NCBI GenBank assembly: GCA_016699935.1
Contig: CP064992.1
Coordinates: 240,001-272,000 of the forward strand
Length of the DNA: 32,000 nucleotides
Origin: Candidatus Saccharimonadota bacterium
Lineage (GTDB): Bacteria > Patescibacteriota > Saccharimonadia > Saccharimonadales > UBA4665
Reading direction: 5' to 3'
Below the pieces are notes generated by a model. It did no database searches. It had not been told where the DNA came from and saw nothing but the letters and a program-made list of their open reading frames with translations. Of this stretch, positions 8,442-16,500 are shown in pieces (positions within the stretch are counted from its first letter, which is position 1; every line of letters begins with the position of its first letter). The position numbers were made by a program, and so were the translations under genes.

Positions 8442-9069
8442 CTATGAGACGTACTGCAGCAATAACCCAATCGATACTGGCACTAAAAGATTATCAAAAC
8501 CAAGGGCGGCTATGTTTTCTAAAAATGTTGCGCCTAGTGCGCCAGCTACAACATATTGCCAATCAGCCCACATTATCCGAAAGTTGGCTGTACACCAGTA
8601 AAGCAAGTGATTACAAAAATGTCATGCTGCCTGCTAAGCTTTACTTCGGCCAAACAGGTGATATTTATTTTGTGTACCGTATCTACTGCCGACAATAGCG
8701 GCAAAACCATCGGCTAGTGCCATTTGCAATAGCAGTTGCATAATACCTTGGAAGTAGTGGTACATGTCAAAAGTCCAACACTTAGGGCAAAAATATTTCG
8801 CCGTAAGTCGGCCGCTGCACACTGCCAATGGCTCGAAACAACCCTGTCCACATAGAAATAAGACCACTGCAAAAAAGCCAAACTTATTAACCGAATTTCT
8901 GACCAGTCAAGAAAATAAGGCCAAAAGGCCACAAAGGTTCCAACTGAAACATGCACGAACTTTCGTCCAACTTCCGCCGTGTAGCCAATGTCGTCGCCAG
9001 CCCCATTCCGAAATCAATAAATGCCAAAACGACCACAACCGCCAGAAACATGTTTGTTAGATTCATCAC
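8442..9069 (-). pseudogene. CdsA/dolichol-kinase (CTP_transf_1) family integral membrane protein; at least 3 frameshifts as sequenced
   Basis: Fragments in three frames join to a typical family member: FLAVVVVLAFIDFGMG.., VHVSVGTFVAFWPYFLDW, R..IFALSVGLL, LALADGFAAIVGSRYG, KSLAGSMTF, GATFLENIAALGFDNLLVPVSIGLL. Confidence 0.5.
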
Positions 9070-9184
9070 CAGTAATTGTACGCTTGCGACTAGTAAGCAA
9101 CAAGGCTGGCGAGTAGAAAATCAAAATCGTTTCGCTGATCGGTCGAAAAAGTATATTGGTTCAGCCATGCGCTGACGGCGTCGT

Positions 9185-9781
9185 TCACCCAGCAGCTTCA
9201 GCAAAATTACGGTAGTACGCCACCGAAACTACTCTATAACGTGAGCCGTTGATTTGCTTGTAACCGTTGCGCACAAAACACCTTCGACAAGTAGGTTTGA
9301 TACGTTTCAGATATAATGTAGCCACCTTCTTTGCTGGGTAGACTTCGTTCGGCAAAATCGACAGCCATTCCACTGCCAGATATATTGTGCCACTCAGTGT
9401 TGTAACTGCTCAGTGCCGGCATTTCTTTTGTGGCTCTAGGCAGCCGACACCCGTCCGACAGAGGTTGACCAGTCTTCGCTGACCCCACAACGCTAAAGTG
9501 GGTTTGCCGAAAAGTTTATCTGCTGTCGAAAGCCTGTATCGGACGGAACAATCTTTGTATCGACAATTGTGGCAGTCCCCAGCTACTTGGGTGCAGAATC
9601 TAGCACCAAAAGTTTTTGTCTTGGAAGTCGGTTTTACCGTTTCCGCAGGAAAGCTCGCTTCAGTTTTTGACTGGGAAGATGGCTCGGTAGGTGGCACCAT
9701 TTTATCTTGCTTGGCGGTAGTTTTTACTGCTTTGTCTGGCGCATTTGCAGTCCGATTACCTAGCACAAATCCTAATATCAA
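9185..9781 (-). pseudogene. possible secreted L,D-transpeptidase (YkuD)-like protein, frameshifted; weak call
   Basis: Low-complexity Pro/Ser/Thr/Lys N-terminal region. One frame contains GQPLSDGCRLP, which resembles the YkuD SHGC[IV]R[LM] active-site motif. The pieces are spread over 3 frames. Confidence 0.3.
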
Positions 9782-9983
9782 CGCTCAGCTAGCAACTAAT
9801 ACCTATTAGTAGGTATACTAGCTTTTTGTATGAAAAGACTGTCTTTTGCTGTTTGCCTCGTCATTTTTGTGTTTCCGGATTTGATTCTTGCCTTTGCATT
9901 TACTACCTCCCGATCTATATCATAATATTACTCGCAAGACTCATGAATGCAAACAGCATTTAATTGTTTACTAGAATACCGTA

Positions 9984-10108
9984 TGGTCGGGGTGGCGGGA
10001 TTATCGTTCCGCTCTGGCGGGACTCCTCCTACAGTGCTCGCACAAACTCAAGCCAGCATGATTTTGTGCTACGCTCCTCGTCCGCGAACCAAACGCGGTT
10101 ACTGCACC
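9984..10108 (-). ncRNA. candidate structured element X1 (125 nt) ending in a tRNA-like 3' tail AATCCCGCCACCCCGACCA
   Basis: Homologous to X2 (10464-10587). Shared blocks are GGTTnGCGGACGAGnAGCG and CGAGCACyGyAGGArGGAGTCCCGCCAGAGCGGrACGmTAATCC. Also has the hairpin GTCCCGC-CAGA-GCGGAAC and a central hairpin GCACAAA..TTTGTGC. The strand is inferred from the CCA tail. Confidence 0.4.
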
Positions 10109-10123
10109 ATGTCACATACAACC

Positions 10124-10158
10124 ATATAAAATGGCCACAAAATGTGGCCATTTTATAT
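10124..10158. terminator. 16-bp perfect inverted repeat ATATAAAATGGCCACA-AAA-TGTGGCCATTTTATAT directly 3' of the tRNA-Pro(GGG)-like gene
   Basis: Verified base by base. U-rich on both sides, so it could act as a bidirectional terminator or a recombination site. Confidence 0.5.
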
Positions 10159-10160
10159 AG

Positions 10161-10230
10161 TCGAGGTAACGGATTTGAACCCACGACCTCGTCGTCCCAG
10201 ACGCGCGCTACCAAGCTGCGCTACACGGCG
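10161..10230 (-). tRNA. tRNA-Pro (GGG)-like, defective: normal from position 1 to the T-loop, with a non-complementary 3' end
   Basis: CGCCGTG-TA-GCGC-AGCTTGGTA-GCGC, then an anticodon arm CGTC-TGGGAC-GACG (6-nt loop, one T short), then GTGGG-TTCAAAT. The following CCGTTACCTCGA pairs with neither the T-stem nor the acceptor. A TATACT promoter box lies about 15 nt upstream. Confidence 0.55.
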
Positions 10231-10463
10231 TGATTAACAGGGGTAAGTATATCTAAATTGGGATGATATTGCTAGTAGACATGTGGTTCATATGAACTTG
10301 CAATGCTAAATGATACTTTAAGGAAGTCTACAATGTATTAATAACACAAAAAGGACGAAACCCTTACACCTGTAGAGTTGTGTGATTTATCGGCCAAAAA
10401 AATGATTCCCTGTTTACGTAAATCCTGAGGTTAAAGAAGCAGAGCTTGTTCTAGGCATTTATG

Positions 10464-10587
10464 TGGTCAGGGAGACAGGATTAGCGTCCCGCTCTGGCGG
10501 GACTCCTTCCTGCGGTGCTCGACAGAAAAGAACCAGCTCTTTTCTGTCTGCGCTCTCGTCCGCAACCTGCGAGCGCAAGTCCGCACC
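10464..10587 (-). ncRNA. candidate structured element X2 (124 nt) ending in AATCCTGTCTCCCTGACCA, a copy of the tRNA-Pro(UGG) 3' end
   Basis: See X1. The central hairpin GACAGAAAAGA-GCTGGT-TCTTTTCTGTC differs in sequence from X1 but keeps the pairing. The tail matches tRNA 10636-10653 except for one extra T. Confidence 0.4.
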
Positions 10588-10601
10588 ACATTCACCAACA
10601 T

Positions 10602-10632
10602 GAAAAAACCTCAACTTCACTGAGGAGTTTTC
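10602..10632 (-). terminator. intrinsic terminator after tRNA-Pro(UGG)
   Basis: On the minus strand: AAAACT-CCTCA-GTGAAGT-TGAGG-TTTTTTC. Confidence 0.6.
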
Positions 10633-10635
10633 ATA

Positions 10636-10712
10636 TGGTCGGGAGACAGGATTTGAACCTGCGACCCGGCGGTCCCAAAACCGCGTGCGCTACCGGACTG
10701 CGCCACTCCCCG
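10636..10712 (-). tRNA. tRNA-Pro (anticodon UGG), CCA encoded
   Basis: CGGGGAG-TG-GCGC-AGTCCGGTA-GCGC, T-arm GCAGG-TTCAAAT-CCTGT. As sequenced the anticodon loop is 8 nt (TTTTGGGA) and the 3' acceptor strand is 6 nt (CTCCCG). Confidence 0.85.
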
Positions 10713-10833
10713 TTACCATAGACTGATTTTACCAAATAGACCAGTACATGTACACCTTTGTTAGCCTATCAAAATATTCTACTTCTGGATGTTGTAGCAC
10801 GAAAGTCCGAATCCTGTAGGGAAGTAAAGCTGG

Positions 10834-11445
10834 CTATTTGATAGCCCTTTTCGTACCAAACCAGCGGTGGGCGAGCCAGGTTTGCAAAATAAAGCATGCC
10901 AGAGCAACGGCGCTGAGCAGCGCTAGACCTAGAATAATTAGCTGGGACTCTACTGTGTGACTACTGAAGCGGGCGGCGCAAATAATTAGCAGCGGCATGA
11001 TTGCAAAGAAAACGCTGACCCAAAACTGAACTCGTGCAGTGAGTAGCTTTCGTTTACGGGCGGGGATTTTTTCTAGCGGTTTGTGAGCGATGACAGGCAC
11101 TGTTTTTTCGGTGGCAACATGCACGACCTTGGTGGCAGCTCTGGCGGCACTAGGAATGTATTTAGCGAAGATGACATATATGACAAGCGCAACAATCCCG
11201 AGTGCCAGGACTGTAAAGATGATGGTGATAAGGAGTGACGGTTCAAATGCTGCAGCTTCAACAGGCTTCAGTTCCACGGGTTGCGGTTCAACTTCAGGGA
11301 ATATTGTCTTACCTACCTCAGACTCGAAAAACCCTGGCAAATACAACGCCAGAAGCCATAACCACTCCATAAACACCGTAAAATACCCCACCCCGCCAAG
11401 CAACCTCAAAACAAATGTTTTATATGGTTTCAACTTCTTAGCCAT
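10834..11445 (-). CDS. hypothetical membrane protein (about 4 TM)
   Basis: Intact 203-aa ORF with several hydrophobic helices. No recognisable family. Confidence 0.55.
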   Translation of the reverse strand: MAKKLKPYKTFVLRLLGGVGYFTVFMEWLWLLALYLPGFFESEVGKTIFPEVEPQPVELKPVEAAAFEPSLLITIIFTVLALGIVALVIYVIFAKYIPSAARAATKVVHVATEKTVPVIAHKPLEKIPARKRKLLTARVQFWVSVFFAIMPLLIICAARFSSHTVESQLIILGLALLSAVALACFILQTWLAHRWFGTKRAIK

Positions 11446-11481
11446 GGTTCAATCATAAACGCTTTAGCGGTCTCCCGCAAA

Positions 11482-12066
11482 TCACGTATGCGCAGCTAGT
11501 GACATCGCAAGTAAAAAGACCGCGCAAAAGATTACTTCCAACAAAAATACATAACGCTTTAGGCGTTCAAGCACTAGTACGGCCACAAAGATACATGCCG
11601 TACCGAGAAATGCCAAGAACATAGCTTCTGCCCATGTGCTAAGGTACTTTGCAGATAGCGTAATGATCACTACCTCGGCTACCATACCAACCATTGTAAA
11701 CACCGCAAATGGAGTGTGCCATTTCGTATACACAGCGTTCGCTGGCAGCCATACAAACAGAAGTTCGCTCAAGAGCATTGGGACCAATATCCAGTAAAAT
11801 GCCTCTGAAATAACCATTCGTGGAGCTGCCCAAAACCAAACAAAACTGTAGTACACAGGAGCAATCACCGTCATGGAGAGAGAAAAGATACGACTTGATT
11901 TCGGCGAAGCTGCAATAGTATGACTGATAGTTTTCAAAAACGAACCATTACTTCGGTAATGCTTCGCTAGCAGCCCTGCCAGCAGCGCAAAAAACGGCAC
12001 CAGAATAATAAGGTCAACGTACTGCCAGAATGCGATAGGGACCGACGGAATCATACTGACTGCCAC
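11482..12066 (-). CDS. hypothetical polytopic membrane protein
   Basis: Intact 194-aa ORF, about 6 hydrophobic segments. No recognisable family. Confidence 0.55.
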   Translation of the reverse strand: MAVSMIPSVPIAFWQYVDLIILVPFFALLAGLLAKHYRSNGSFLKTISHTIAASPKSSRIFSLSMTVIAPVYYSFVWFWAAPRMVISEAFYWILVPMLLSELLFVWLPANAVYTKWHTPFAVFTMVGMVAEVVIITLSAKYLSTWAEAMFLAFLGTACIFVAVLVLERLKRYVFLLEVIFCAVFLLAMSLAAHT

Positions 12067-12851
12067 GCCTCGCGGATGTGTTTGGCGGTGCGGGCGCGGC
12101 CGGTGGTTTCGTCTACGTCAACTAGGAGAGCGCAAAACTGCATGCGGCCGGTGGTTTCGAGCTGATTGCGGGTCTGGTAGCCATCGCGCCAGCGTGGGAT
12201 GATTGAGCCAAATGTCACGCCCAGCGAGGATGTCGAGTGAGCCGCACATGCCAACATCGGTTATATGTGCGGTGCCTTTCGGTAAAATTTCCGTGTCGGC
12301 TGTGGGTACATGCCAGTGATCACCTATCACGGCTGATACGCGGCCATCAAGTAGTAACCGAACACGATCTTCTCGCTGCTAAAATCTCCATGAATATTGA
12401 CAATGCTCGCAGCATACGAACCGCGCGCTACAACGGCCAAGATTTCATCGATTTTCTTGAGCGGGTTTTCGGTCTCCACATCGGCATGTTTACCCACGAT
12501 ACTGCCAAGTCATGCTCACCACCAGCACGTTCCCATTCGGTGTTTCGACCAGCTTGTAGCCAGGGCCCGGACAACTAAGCATGTTGGCTGGCCCGACAAC
12601 CGGTTCAGCGGGGTTTTCTAAAAATGAAGTTAAATCCAGATACGGTTATGGTTCCCGCCTGAAAAAGCATGTACGCCGGCACGCTGCAACCGAGCCATAT
12701 CATCCGGCGACATACCCTTCCCGTCTGTGACGTTTTCAGCCTGTGCCACAACAAAATCAATATGCTCTGCAGCAACTAAACCAGGCAGCATCTTCTCGAC
12801 CGCTTGCATACCCATTTCGGCCATTACATCACCCACATAGAGAATTTTCAT
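12051..12851 (-). pseudogene. ymdB: YmdB-family metallophosphoesterase (2',3'-cyclic-nucleotide phosphodiesterase); at least 3 frameshifts as sequenced
   Basis: MKILYVGDVMAEMG..DFVVAQAENVTDGKG..GGNH, then [22 protein letters not shown]-like, and [28 protein letters not shown] in other frames. The ATG at 12851 is preceded by GGGTATACTATAGGT. Confidence 0.8.
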
Positions 12852-12914
12852 ACCTATAGTATACCCGAACCACCAGATTAACGATTTCTTTTGCCCCCTA
12901 AAACCTACAGCTTT

Positions 12915-12950
12915 TCTACATATTTGTCCCAGCTGGGACAAATATGTAGA
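12915..12950. repeat. 36-bp perfect palindrome TCTACATATTTGTCCCAG|CTGGGACAAATATGTAGA
   Basis: Verified base by base. It lies between the stop of 13007..13546 and the ymdB promoter. Confidence 0.9.
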
Positions 12951-13006
12951 TTCGCGACGACAGCATGAAGTATAACATGCGAGTGAAAGGTTCGTTTGGC
13001 CGCTGC

Positions 13007-13546
13007 TTAGCGGGTTGTCGTACGAGGGTTTGTAGTTGTATTTGTGGTTTTGGTGTCAGCTGCGGCTGGTTTTTGCTCGGCAGCCGTGCCACTGGTGCTG
13101 ATGATAGGCGCAATGTTGATAATTTGGTTTATAGACTCGCGGTAGATAACCGCTCTTTTTGGAAATATGACCAAATAGTCACCCTTTTCGACGTTTTTGT
13201 AAAACTCAGCGTTTGCTGTTTTGAGCTTGGCAGGGTCTTCTACTCGAGCAACTGTGGGTGCTTCTTTCTCGTCGATGCGGAGGACTTTCTTTAGCTCACC
13301 CAGTACTCGTTGGGTTTCCGCACTATTTTGGGCCTTTTGCGCCTGTCCGGGATTGCTCTTCACATCTTGGTATTTTTGATAAAATACCACCGTACCGACA
13401 AACCCTAGCACGGCAAATACAGTGGCGACAAGTAAGATTGTCTTATTGGCGCGTATTTTACCGCGGATACCCTCTTGACTAGAGGTGTCGTTTACTTCAT
13501 TATTCGCTTTGCCTTTTTTGGGGGTAGGCACTACATCATCTTGCAT
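13007..13546 (-). CDS. hypothetical single-pass membrane protein with a Thr/Ala-rich C-terminal tail
   Basis: Intact 179-aa ORF with TM helix ILLVATVFAVLGFVGTVVF. A TATACT box and GAGGA Shine-Dalgarno sequence lie upstream (13547-13599). Confidence 0.55.
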   Translation of the reverse strand: MQDDVVPTPKKGKANNEVNDTSSQEGIRGKIRANKTILLVATVFAVLGFVGTVVFYQKYQDVKSNPGQAQKAQNSAETQRVLGELKKVLRIDEKEAPTVARVEDPAKLKTANAEFYKNVEKGDYLVIFPKRAVIYRESINQIINIAPIISTSGTAAEQKPAAADTKTTNTTTNPRTTTR

Positions 13547-13599
13547 GGTTCCTCACTTTTCTTATGCTTAGTAGTATAGCGTACTACTTGATAGCGAGT

Positions 13600-16500
13600 C
13601 TAGCGCGCGGTTGTAAATGTCTGCTGCGCCTTCATGTAGTCAATGTCTACTGTCCTTGCGGTTGTGCCAATAGACTTTATGAGAAGTTGACCAAAACCAA
13701 GTGCCCGCGTAGTTCCCGTTGGAATGTTCGTGTTGCGAGTGCCGACATTCGTACCATTTATGTAGTATGTCACGAGCGTACCAGCGGAATTGACCTCAAC
13801 CCGAAGTTTATACCAGGTAGCTGCTGTAACCGCAGTCGTAGTAGTGTTGAATGTTCGAGTTGAGTTATTTGATGTCATAATCTGCCAGTTTGGAGTAGCT
13901 GCTGAACCGGTCGAGACGCCGCCCTCGTCGTACACAAAGGCAGCAGCATCAACTTGGTTGGCTGCCGTTGCCGTGTCAAGTAGACCAACAACTAGCTGGT
14001 AGCGCTGGGTAGCATCTGAAAGCGTGGCAATGTTGATCGCCGTTTCATACGCCATTGAACCTCCGCCAAGTGCGATAGCACTGGTACTCGACATAAAAGC
14101 TGTTCGCCCAGTTGCTGAAGTCCTGGTTGTGCTCCTGTACAACCCCGGACGATTCGCAGCTGTTGTGGCAGTAGCGGCCGTCGACCCCGTGGAGTTTGTG
14201 GCAAACACGTCAGATCCAGTGGTCGTTTCATTACCAATCAGATCGGTAAAGAAATAGTATGCTGTCGTTGTGTCTGTTTGGCTAGCGGGAGCCGATATAC
14301 AATCTTTCCATGTGCTGGACTCGTAGCACCGGAATTTCGCAAGCGACGTGTTGTAGTAGATAGCGCCGTTGGTTGCAAGCACATTGCCTTCTGTCGTAAT
14401 GGAGTCCAGTACTAGTGCGGCACCGGTCGCAATAGCGCTACCCGTATCACCTATGTATATATTGCCAGCGTCAGACACCTCAAAAGCAATCGTACCAGCA
14501 TCCTGGATTGCAAATTTCCCAGTTGAGTTTAGGTTTATATTGAAGTTATTCGCACCTAAGCTCACAGTAGTAGCAACGTCAAGACTAAGGGTGTCGCTAA
14601 GCTCTGTGAAGTTCAGGCTGTCAGGTGAGATATCTGCTGCGGCGATAGTACCATCAGTTATTTCGCCAGTTTCTATGGTTTGCCCGAGTTTCGTAACATT
14701 TGTGCTCAGCGCAGCATCTGCCACAGAACCCGTACCACTTATGGTCAACGCACCGGCGACATTGGCGTCGGTCAGTTCCGGTGTGAAAGTCAGTGAGCTG
14801 AGGTCAAAGGTGCCACTCGTGATGGTGCCTGTATTATCCCCATCGAAAATGAAAGCTTCCACGTTGGCTTCAGTGAGGTTATTATCTGCGGCGCAAGCTA
14901 GACATCGGTCGTTTCGTTCCACTTAAGAACCTGTGTGTCGGAGCAGCCCTGCAAAGACCAACCCCTGAAGCCAATATCTCAATACCTGAACCAGATGAAG
15001 CTGTTGCAGAGAGCGCATCTGTTGCAGCAAATGTTTTTATCGCAATGTCATCGGCATTTACCGTAATGCCGTTGCCAGCACCTATGTTGAGTGTGGTGGT
15101 TCCGCCAAGAAACAGCACCACCATTGGCTAGACCGTTACCAGCCGAAATCGTGAGTCCGCTATTGGCTAGCATCGTGTTGGTTACCCCGCCAGTACCTAT
15201 GCCCAATGTAAAGGGCGAGCCGCCAGTACCTGAGCCGCTTCGTGTCAGACCACCGCTAACTGTGGCGTCGGTGACTTCATTGCCTACTATGCCATCTGCT
15301 TCACTAGTAAGATAGCCGTTGTTGTTGGCGTAGGCATCGACTTGGGCTTCGTTCAGAACCGTATCGGTGTCTACGTCAGCGGCACAAGCCCAGACAGAAC
15401 CATTCCACTTGGCTATCTGGTTTGGACTACAGCTGAGACCAGCGAGGACATCAGTGTTGTCGAGGTAGCCAGACAGGTCAACACTCCCGCCATTGACGAG
15501 ACTGAGGCTGTTCCCGGCTAGACCGAGTGTTTGGGCGTCGGTGTTGTCTAGATACGGGCTGAGGTCAACGGTGCCGGCATTGCCAGAAATACTGAGGATG
15601 TCACTGGCAACTGAGATGTTTTGGGTGTCGGTGTTGTCTAGATAGCCTGCGAGCGAGACAGAGTTGCCGTTGCTAATACTCAGGCTGTTAGCGGCCAGGT
15701 TGAGGGTTTGCTGGTCGGTATCGGTGTCGGTGTCGACGTCTGCGGCACAGGCCCAGGCAGAACCGTTCCACTTGGCTATCTGGTTTGGACTACAGCTGAG
15801 GCTGGCTAGGGTGTCTGTATCAGTATCGTCGAGGTAGGGACTAAGGTCGATGGTACTGGCATTGCCAGTGATGGATACGGTGTTACCGGTGCGAGAGATA
15901 GCTTGAGAGTCTGTATTGTCGAGCAGGCTAGATTGGTCAGCCGTGTTGCCACCGGCAATCGTAAGAATCTGAGTACCAGGTTGTAGCTGAGAGTCTGGGC
16001 ATCCGTGTTATCGAGGTAGGCGCTGAGGTCTATGGTGCCAGGATCGCCACTGATGCTGAGAATATCTGCAACGAGGCTCAGGCTCTGGATTTCGTTCGTG
16101 ATGCTACCATCGACTTCGCTGGTAAGGTAGCCATTGTTGTTGGCGTAGGCATCGACCTGGACCTCATTGAGGACTGTATCGGTGTCTACGTCAGCGGCAC
16201 AAGCCCAGGCACTGCCGTTCCACTTGGCTATCTGGTTTGGTGAGCACGACAGACCGGCGAGGCTGTCGGTATCTATGCTGGATAGGTCAATCGTGTTACC
16301 GCCAGTAATAGACGGGTTGGTGCCGACCAGGCCAAGCGTCTGGGCATCGGTATTTATGGGTGCGAGATCGATGCTGTTGCCACCAGAGATAGTGAGGGTG
16401 GTGCCGACCAGGCCGACCGTCTGGGCGTCGGTGTTGTCTAGGTAGCTGGCGAGATCGACGGTAGATGCATTACCCGTAATGCTCAGGGTATCTCCTGCTA

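Noticed and set aside
8117-8470. 117-aa minus-strand ORF (also 8019..8294 on the plus strand)
   Set aside because: It overlaps tRNA-His and its repeated 3' end. The internal GRMMGL duplication simply mirrors the 19-nt repeat, so there is no coding signal.
12852-12941. N-terminal extension of the ymdB ORF (MSQLGQICRK..)
   Set aside because: Family homology starts at MKILYVGD (12851). The extension runs through the promoter box and into the 36-bp palindrome.
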